64,000 bases of DNA. Origin: Flavobacteriales bacterium (lineage in GTDB: Bacteria > Bacteroidota > Bacteroidia > Flavobacteriales > UBA7430). The notes beneath the pieces are model-generated. The model was not told the origin of the DNA and ran no database searches. It saw only the letters and a list, made by a program, of their open reading frames with translations. The translations under genes and the position numbers were made by a program. The DNA lies in contig JAOGVT010000003.1 in assembly GCA_028110365.1 (NCBI GenBank), positions 9,101 through 73,100 on the forward strand, read 5' to 3'. This document shows positions 57,544 to 64,000 of this stretch, in pieces; position 1 is the first letter of the stretch, and each line of letters begins with the position of its first letter.

Positions 57544-58767
57544 TTGTTTAAGGTACCTATAGAAAAGAAGTAAAGATGTAATACCAGAAATCCAAAATAA
57601 AGAACTTGTTACAATAGCAGCACCAATGATACCAAAACGAGTAATTGCATAATAATTTAAAATACCGTTTAAAATTAAAATTGCAAAAGCTACGGTTGAA
57701 TTCCAGCTAGATTTACCAACAGCTGCTAGTAGATTGCCAAATGGAATTCTTAGCACAAAAGCACCAAACATACCAACAATTAACAGTTGAAATAGTGGAG
57801 CTGCACTACTGTATGACGCTCCAAATAAAAGCGTAAGTAAAGGTTGAGCAACCAAAAGTAAAGGCGCACTTACACAAATTCCGATCACAGAAAATAGTTT
57901 GATGTAATTTTTTGAAAAGGCAACTAAATAGGCTTTGTTGTTGCTGTTTTTTGCCAAATCTGTATAATGCGTAGTTATATAAGAATTGGGAATAAAAAAG
58001 AGCGCAATGGGGATAATACTCGCTGTTCTGTAAATAGCTACTTCTGTTGTATCTGAAATCAGTTGTCCGATTAAAAACACATCTAAGGAATACATTAGTT
58101 GAGAGGCTATAGAACCAAGACCAACCCAAAACCCGTAAGAATAATACTTGTCTGGAAATTCAAAAGTACTGAGTTTAGGTCTTCGTTTGAGGTAAAATAA
58201 AGACAGTATTAAAGGAGAGCAAACAAAAACAAATAAATAACCAAGTGAACTGAAATAATAAGCGGATAGACTCCCAAAAACAAGTAAAGAGATCGAAGAA
58301 AAGACATCTAGAGATGAAAACGTTTTATTATCATCAAAAACCCTATAATAGGCTTTCACCATTTCAACTAAAAAGTATGAAACTAAATAAAAAAATAAAA
58401 CATAAAAATAAGAAGGTTTAACTGTATTGTTTAAGCTAAAAATGGGAAGTAAAAAAAAAAGTAGTACAACTACAATAAGACTAATAAGGACGCCTTTGAG
58501 AAGAGTTGTACTAAATAAAGACTGCTTATTTTGTTTGGATGATACAAGAGAACCAAATCTGAGAAATGAATTGTGTAACCCACCACCTGAAAAAGGAATG
58601 AAAAAAGCTAAAGTTGACAATGTGTAAGCTAAAACTCCATACTCTTGAGGCGTAAGAATTCTGATTAAAAGTAACGAGGTAAAGAAGTTACATAATTTAG
58701 TAACTAGTGAACCAGACAGAACATAAGCACCATCTCTCTTAATAAATTCTTTTAGCGTTTTGACCAT
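57535..58767 (-). CDS. Oligosaccharide flippase (Wzx/MOP family)
   Basis: About 12 TM helices; RILTPQEYG, DVFLIG, GIIGAAI. Confidence 0.88.
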   Translation of the reverse strand: MVKTLKEFIKRDGAYVLSGSLVTKLCNFFTSLLLIRILTPQEYGVLAYTLSTLAFFIPFSGGGLHNSFLRFGSLVSSKQNKQSLFSTTLLKGVLISLIVVVLLFFLLPIFSLNNTVKPSYFYVLFFYLVSYFLVEMVKAYYRVFDDNKTFSSLDVFSSISLLVFGSLSAYYFSSLGYLFVFVCSPLILSLFYLKRRPKLSTFEFPDKYYSYGFWVGLGSIASQLMYSLDVFLIGQLISDTTEVAIYRTASIIPIALFFIPNSYITTHYTDLAKNSNNKAYLVAFSKNYIKLFSVIGICVSAPLLLVAQPLLTLLFGASYSSAAPLFQLLIVGMFGAFVLRIPFGNLLAAVGKSSWNSTVAFAILILNGILNYYAITRFGIIGAAIVTSSLFWISGITSLLLFYRYLKQLD

Positions 58768-58831
58768 TCCAGATAATGAAAGTTAAATTTGGAGAAAAGC
58801 AATCAATAAATGTATTAAAAAATAGATGTTT

Positions 58832-58871
58832 AAACGAATAAAAGGAGCTATTAGGCTCCTTTTATTCGTTT
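58832..58871 (-). terminator. Terminator after sucC (17-bp stem)
   Basis: AAACGAATAAAAGGAGC/GCTCCTTTTATTCGTTT. Confidence 0.8.
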
Positions 58872-58885
58872 TGTATTTAAAAATT

Positions 58886-60076
58886 CTAAGCCAATACTTC
58901 AGCTACTTTGTCTGCAGCTTCTTGAAGTAAAATAACAGAATGAACTGCGAGTCCACTTTCGTCAATTAACTTTTTCGCTTCTGTAGCGTTTGTACCTTGT
59001 AAACGAACAATTAGAGGGACATTAATTTCTCCGATGTTCTTATAAGCATCAACAATACCTTGAGCTACACGGTCACAACGAACAATACCACCAAATATAT
59101 TAACCAACAATGCTTTTACATTCTCATCTTTTAAAATGATACGAAAGGCTTGTTCTACACGCGCAGCATCTGCTGTACCCCCAACATCTAAAAAGTTTGC
59201 CGGATTTCCTCCTGCATGCTTAATGATGTCCATAGTAGCCATGGCTAAACCAGCACCGTTAACCATACAACCCACATTACCATCTAATTTAACGTAACTC
59301 AAACCAAACTCACCAGCTTCAACTTCAGAAGCATCTTCTTCACGAACGTCACGCATTTCTGCATAATCTTTATGACGGTATAGTGCATTGTCGTCTATAG
59401 ATACTTTAGCATCTACAGCGATAATTCTATTGTCTGAAGTTTTTAAAACTGGATTAATTTCAAAAAGTGAAGCATCAGCGCCGTCGTATGCTTTGTATAA
59501 GCAAGAAACAAATTTGGTCATTTCTTTAAATGCTTTACCTTCTAAACCAAGGTTAAAAGCAACTTTACGACATTGAAAAGGCATTAAACCTGTTGATGGG
59601 TCAATTTCTTCTGTAAATATAAGATGGGGTGTATTCTCTGCAACTTCTTCTATATCCATACCACCTTCTGTAGAATACATAAGCATATTTCTTCCAGTAG
59701 AACGATTTAAAAGAACGGACATATAGATCTCGCTAGTTTCACTCTCGCCAGGGTAATAAACATCTTCTGCAACAAGTATTTGGTGTACCAATTTACCTTC
59801 GGCAGATGTTTGAGGAGTTACCAAATGCATTCCTAAAATATTTTCAGCGTGCATTCTTAAATCGTCTAAGTTTTTAGCCAACTTTACACCTCCACCTTTA
59901 CCACGTCCACCAGCGTGAACTTGTGCTTTGATGACGTGCCAACCTGTACCTGTTTCCTCAGTAAGTTGTTTTGCGGCTGTTACTGCTTCATCTGGCGTTG
60001 TGGCAATCATTCCGCGTTGTATACCAACACCGTAACTGCTTAATATTTGTTTCCCTTGAAATTCGTGTAAATTCAT
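58886..60076 (-). CDS. sucC: Succinyl-CoA synthetase beta subunit
   Basis: MNLHEFQGK, KAQVHAGGRGKGGG, VNGAGLAMATMD, NIFGGIVRCD. Confidence 0.97.
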   Translation of the reverse strand: MNLHEFQGKQILSSYGVGIQRGMIATTPDEAVTAAKQLTEETGTGWHVIKAQVHAGGRGKGGGVKLAKNLDDLRMHAENILGMHLVTPQTSAEGKLVHQILVAEDVYYPGESETSEIYMSVLLNRSTGRNMLMYSTEGGMDIEEVAENTPHLIFTEEIDPSTGLMPFQCRKVAFNLGLEGKAFKEMTKFVSCLYKAYDGADASLFEINPVLKTSDNRIIAVDAKVSIDDNALYRHKDYAEMRDVREEDASEVEAGEFGLSYVKLDGNVGCMVNGAGLAMATMDIIKHAGGNPANFLDVGGTADAARVEQAFRIILKDENVKALLVNIFGGIVRCDRVAQGIVDAYKNIGEINVPLIVRLQGTNATEAKKLIDESGLAVHSVILLQEAADKVAEVLA

Positions 60077-60238
60077 AGTTGTTTATTTTGCAATGCAAAA
60101 GTAAGTTTTTGGTTTGATTTTTTTGAGATAATGTAAATAAAAAAATAGGATCGAATCTACTCCTTTGATTTAAACTAATATGCACATTAAATTGAAGAAT
60201 AATGTGTTAACAAATCTATTTATTGAGATTTGATTAAA

Positions 60239-60916
60239 TTAATGATACTCGTGAACCAGTAACTTACCATTTTTATTAAATTCTTTGTATTCATTAATAT
60301 AATCCCACTCTTCATTTTCTGAATCATACTTCAAAAAATAATGTTTGGATACTTGTGTACCTTGATAAAATTCTTCTATTTCATAAATGACTTTAAAACG
60401 ATTGATAAGTTTTTTTCTAAGTTTTACATTCCCATTAGGATGGTAGTCATAATGGTACTTTGAAAACCGCATATTTCGAAGCGCTTTGTATCTTTCTTTA
60501 ACAAGTCCATTAGAAGAAATGAGCATCGATTTTCTAACCTGATTTGGTTCTCTTTTGGAATAATACTTCTTTTCATAAGATACATTGTCGTAATAATAAA
60601 TCCACTTGCCTATTTTGTATCCATTTTTGTAACGACCCTTGCTTTGTATAGATCCGTTTTCATTGTAATTAACTACAAGTCCATGGTAGGAACCCTTTTT
60701 AAAATTTGCTTGTGTTTTAATGGAATTAGACTCGTACTGTAAAGCAAAATTACCCGAATATCTTTTCCCTCCTAGGAAAAAAAACTCATGGGATCCAGGC
60801 CCTTCTGTATGCCAACCAAATTTCTTATTTGTTCTTTTTTCTGTATCTAAGCTCGTGTCTAGCGTTTGAGCTGTTAAAGAAATTGTAAGCAAAACTAAAA
60901 TGTAAAGTAGTCTCAT
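60239..60916 (-). CDS. Exported MORN-variant repeat protein (YwqK-like)
   Basis: YNENGSIQSKGRYKNGYKIGKWIYY, YHPNG, FNKNG repeats; signal peptide. Confidence 0.72.
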   Translation of the reverse strand: MRLLYILVLLTISLTAQTLDTSLDTEKRTNKKFGWHTEGPGSHEFFFLGGKRYSGNFALQYESNSIKTQANFKKGSYHGLVVNYNENGSIQSKGRYKNGYKIGKWIYYYDNVSYEKKYYSKREPNQVRKSMLISSNGLVKERYKALRNMRFSKYHYDYHPNGNVKLRKKLINRFKVIYEIEEFYQGTQVSKHYFLKYDSENEEWDYINEYKEFNKNGKLLVHEYH

Positions 60917-62097
60917 TCAGGATATATTAAATAGTTTAATCTTTGTTCTTTATACAGTTGTAAACCCTCTTGCCAGGTCTCTTTTATTTGTACTTCAGAC
61001 CAACCGGCTTCTATTAAAACTCGAAGCACATTGGAGCCAGCTAATTTATCAAAAAAGGAATTAAAAAAAGGGATGCCTTTTGAATTGTATTGATTAAAAC
61101 ATTCTATTAAATAACTTAAATTAATCCCTTTATCTATTTTAAATTTTGAAAGATCCCATCCACAACATTTTAAACTTTCGTGTTTTGGATATTTTGCACC
61201 ACTTTGAGATGATGGTGAAAATGAATAGGAACAAGAATCTAATAGCGGAGAACCAATTATTTGAAATTGAAGATTTGTCCCCCTTCCAACACTAATCGCT
61301 GTGCCTTCAAATAAACACAACGACGGATATAAAGATATTGATTGCCTGTTTGGTAAATTTGGAGAGGGTTTTACGGGTAAATCATAAGGTAAACTATGCG
61401 TGTAATACTTCATTTCTTGTACCGTTAAATTACATTGAATAGAATCTTTTAACCAAAAAGAACCGTTAATCATTTGAGCATACTCTCCAATGGTAAGGCC
61501 ATGTACTATTGGTATTGGATGCATACCAACAAATGATTGGTATGCGGTGTCAAGAATTGGTCCATCAACATAATGAGCATTAGGATTAGGCCTGTCTAAA
61601 ACCAACAATTCAATATTATTTTCTGCACATGCTTCCATAACATAATGAAGGGTGGATATATAGGTGTAGAAACGGGCTCCAACATCTTGAATATCAAATA
61701 CGATTAAATCAATGCTATTAAGAGCTTCAGCACTAGGTTTTTTGTTTTTACCATAAAGTGAGTGTATAGGTAAGCCGGTTTTAACATCAATCTCATCATT
61801 GATTAAAGCACCTGCATCAGATTCGCCCCTAAATCCATGTTCAGGCGCAAACACTTTAACAATGGAGACATTACAAGCCAAAAGAGAATCTACTAGGTGA
61901 AAGCCATTAATTAAGGAGGTTTGATTGGCTACTACAGCTATTTGTTTGTTTCTTAATAAGGGTAGATAGTTTTCCAGTTGATTAGCGCCAACGATAAGCT
62001 GTTGTTGGCTTTGAGAGGTGCACGAGCTTAAGAAAGTGCAAAAGCACAGTAACAAGAGCTGCATTTTAGTATATTTGAAAATCTTTAAATAAAGCAT
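60913..62097 (-). CDS. namZ: DUF1343 exo-beta-N-acetylmuramidase (NamZ family), lipoprotein; start at 62097 or 62064
   Basis: ANQTS, FAPEHGFRG, FDIQDVGARFYTY, DRPNP, PSPNLP; lipobox LSSC. Confidence 0.85.
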   Translation of the reverse strand: MLYLKIFKYTKMQLLLLCFCTFLSSCTSQSQQQLIVGANQLENYLPLLRNKQIAVVANQTSLINGFHLVDSLLACNVSIVKVFAPEHGFRGESDAGALINDEIDVKTGLPIHSLYGKNKKPSAEALNSIDLIVFDIQDVGARFYTYISTLHYVMEACAENNIELLVLDRPNPNAHYVDGPILDTAYQSFVGMHPIPIVHGLTIGEYAQMINGSFWLKDSIQCNLTVQEMKYYTHSLPYDLPVKPSPNLPNRQSISLYPSLCLFEGTAISVGRGTNLQFQIIGSPLLDSCSYSFSPSSQSGAKYPKHESLKCCGWDLSKFKIDKGINLSYLIECFNQYNSKGIPFFNSFFDKLAGSNVLRVLIEAGWSEVQIKETWQEGLQLYKEQRLNYLIYPE

Positions 62098-62103
62098 ACA
62101 GTA

Positions 62104-63336
62104 GTGAACTTTGAAAAATTTGTAGCCAAACGTTTGCATGGCGAAAGTAACTTAAAGCATTCCATTTCTAAACCAATTTTAAAAATGGCTATTGCAGCAG
62201 TAAGTATAAGCATTACTGTTATGATTTTGTCTATTGCAACCAGTAAAGGTTTGCAAAACAAAATCAGTGCTAAAGTTACCGGATTTACATCAGATATTCA
62301 AATAAGTTCGCTGGACCTTAACAATTCATTAGATGCCAATCCTTTTAGTGCAGACAGTACTCTAATTAACAAGCTAGCTAACCTTGAGGGCATAACATAC
62401 GTACAGACACAAATAACTAAAAATGCGCTTATAAAAACAGCTGAAGATTTTGAAGGTGTTCTAGTTAAAGGAGTTGGTCAAAACTACAATTGGAATTTTA
62501 TTTCTAATCATCTGGTGGAAGGTGTCGTTCCATCTTTTACTGCACAGGGTAAGTCAAATCAGATGGTAATTTCCAAGGCATTGGCATCAAAACTTCAATT
62601 GAAACTTAACGACAATGCTGTTACTTACTTTCAAGGATTAAAAAATAACAATGCCCTAATTCGAAAGTTTGTTATTGTGGGTATTTTCAAAACTGGAATC
62701 GATTTTTTTGACAATCAATATATTTTAGCTGACCAAAGTCACCTTCAAAAAATCAATAATTGGACTAACAATCAATTTAGCTCTTTGGAAATTTCGCTCA
62801 ATTCAAATGCTGATAAAGCTGCGATATACCAAAAAATTGAAACCATTAGCCCTTTCGATTCTAGAGTAAAATCCACTAAAGAATTGTATCCTCAAATATA
62901 CGATTGGATCAATTTATTTGACCTAAATACGCTTGTAATTTTATTAATTATGCTTATTGTGGCCACAATAAATATGGTAAGTTCCTTACTCATAATTATA
63001 CTAGAACGTACAAAAATGATTGGCTTACTTAAGGCGCTAGGTGCAAGCCAGTATTCGATTAGAAAAGTCTTTTTATACCATGCATTTTATCTGCTTCGAA
63101 AAGGATTGTTTTTAGGAAACATTATTGGACTTACCCTTATTGGAATTCAATATTATTTTGAGCCTTTACAATTAGATCCGACTCATTATTACGTATCGGC
63201 AATACCCGTCCTGTTAACCCTTAAAAATTGGATGCTTATTAATAGTGTAACCGTTCTTATTTGTATGGTTATTTTAATAATACCTACTTTACTACTACAA
63301 AAAGTCGAACCTGTAAAAGCCTTGCATTACGAATAA
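62104..63336 (+). CDS. Lipoprotein-release ABC permease (LolC/E family)
   Basis: GTG start MNFEKFVAKR; ILERTKMIGLLKALGA; LDPTHYYV. Confidence 0.85.
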   Translation: MNFEKFVAKRLHGESNLKHSISKPILKMAIAAVSISITVMILSIATSKGLQNKISAKVTGFTSDIQISSLDLNNSLDANPFSADSTLINKLANLEGITYVQTQITKNALIKTAEDFEGVLVKGVGQNYNWNFISNHLVEGVVPSFTAQGKSNQMVISKALASKLQLKLNDNAVTYFQGLKNNNALIRKFVIVGIFKTGIDFFDNQYILADQSHLQKINNWTNNQFSSLEISLNSNADKAAIYQKIETISPFDSRVKSTKELYPQIYDWINLFDLNTLVILLIMLIVATINMVSSLLIIILERTKMIGLLKALGASQYSIRKVFLYHAFYLLRKGLFLGNIIGLTLIGIQYYFEPLQLDPTHYYVSAIPVLLTLKNWMLINSVTVLICMVILIIPTLLLQKVEPVKALHYE

Positions 63337-64000
63337 TTTAAAAGTGCTTTTTTAAGGGTTTTTAACATCACATCGTTAAACTGAAAATGTGTTACAAATC
63401 GAATTTGATTGGAACTTATAGCTGAGCATAATATATGTTGAGTCTTCAAATACTCAACCAATTTTAAGGGTTGGTCCATAGAAAAAATAATGATATTTGT
63501 TTCTACTGGTGTAACCGATGTTACATAAGGCCTGTCTTTCAATACCGTCTCTATTTCATGAGCTCTTCTATGATCCTCTTTTAATAAATCAATGTGATGC
63601 TCAAGCGCATAATCACACGCAGCAGCTAAATAGCCAACTTGACGCATACCACCACCTAATACCTTTCGAATTCTTTTTGCTTGATGAATAAACTTTGTTG
63701 TGCCTAGTAATAACGATCCTATAGGAGCGCCTAAACCTTTGGAAATGCAAACAGAAATACTGTCAAAAATACCGCCATAATCTTTGGGCTGCGTATTGGT
63801 TTTAACAATGGCGTTAAACAAACGAGCACCATCCATATGAAAGGCAAGATTTTGACTTGAACAAAAAATAGCTAAGTCTTGTAAATCCTTTAAATTATAA
63901 CACGCTCCACCTCCTTTATTTGTTGTATTCTCAACTGATACTAAACTTGTTCTTGGGAAATGAATATTTTCTTCCTTTAAAGTGTCTTTAACTAGAGCTA
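63327..64000 (-). CDS. ltaE: Low-specificity L-threonine aldolase, C-terminal part; start beyond right edge
   Basis: ENTTNKGGG, HMDGARLFNA, SKGLGAPIGS, GGGMRQ; frame open to 64000. Confidence 0.92.
   Translation of the reverse strand, partial: ALVKDTLKEENIHFPRTSLVSVENTTNKGGGACYNLKDLQDLAIFCSSQNLAFHMDGARLFNAIVKTNTQPKDYGGIFDSISVCISKGLGAPIGSLLLGTTKFIHQAKRIRKVLGGGMRQVGYLAAACDYALEHHIDLLKEDHRRAHEIETVLKDRPYVTSVTPVETNIIIFSMDQPLKLVEYLKTQHILCSAISSNQIRFVTHFQFNDVMLKTLKKALLNYS

Noticed and set aside
1965-60185. Many 60-130 aa ORFs antisense to or nested in housekeeping genes
   Set aside because: Mostly mirror-frame ORFs expected from codon bias; no motifs or separate expression signals
60168-60195. ATTTAAACTAA-TATGCA half-site
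   Set aside because: No second arm
1-64000. CRISPR array, IS, prophage, integron or riboswitch
   Set aside because: No spaced direct repeats, transposase, integrase or phage genes seen; no riboswitch recognised by eye, though an Rfam scan was not possible

Overview
AT-rich bacterial chromosome segment, almost certainly Bacteroidota and probably Flavobacteriales. The evidence is TAnnTTTG '-7' promoters, the bamD-rpoZ-coaBC-DUF4835-recN block, divergent clpC/gyrA, and a sulfonolipid CapB/SulA-like enzyme. It is mostly housekeeping: about 45 CDS, 4 tRNAs (Arg-TCT, Pro-TGG, Ser-GCT, His-GTG) and many intrinsic terminators. I saw no integrase, transposase, CRISPR array or rRNA. Two accessory-looking blocks lie downstream of tRNA 3' ends: an MBOAT + SGNH acylation pair (33.9-37.2 kb) and Crp-hchA-nitroreductase/trmL/DEAD helicase (49.8-53.9 kb). 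Best leads: (1) a 28-bp dif/pdif-like Xer site with a perfect XerD arm at 33792-33819, at the edge of the MBOAT-SGNH block; (2) a small HAD phosphatase fitted between serC and serA, a candidate non-canonical phosphoserine phosphatase; (3) a 1461-aa exported beta-rich protein with internal repeats and a winged-helix-like insert; (4) a Crp-type site at about -42 of the hchA promoter; (5) a stand-alone CapB/SulA. All calls come from motif reading and recalled family knowledge; no searches were run.
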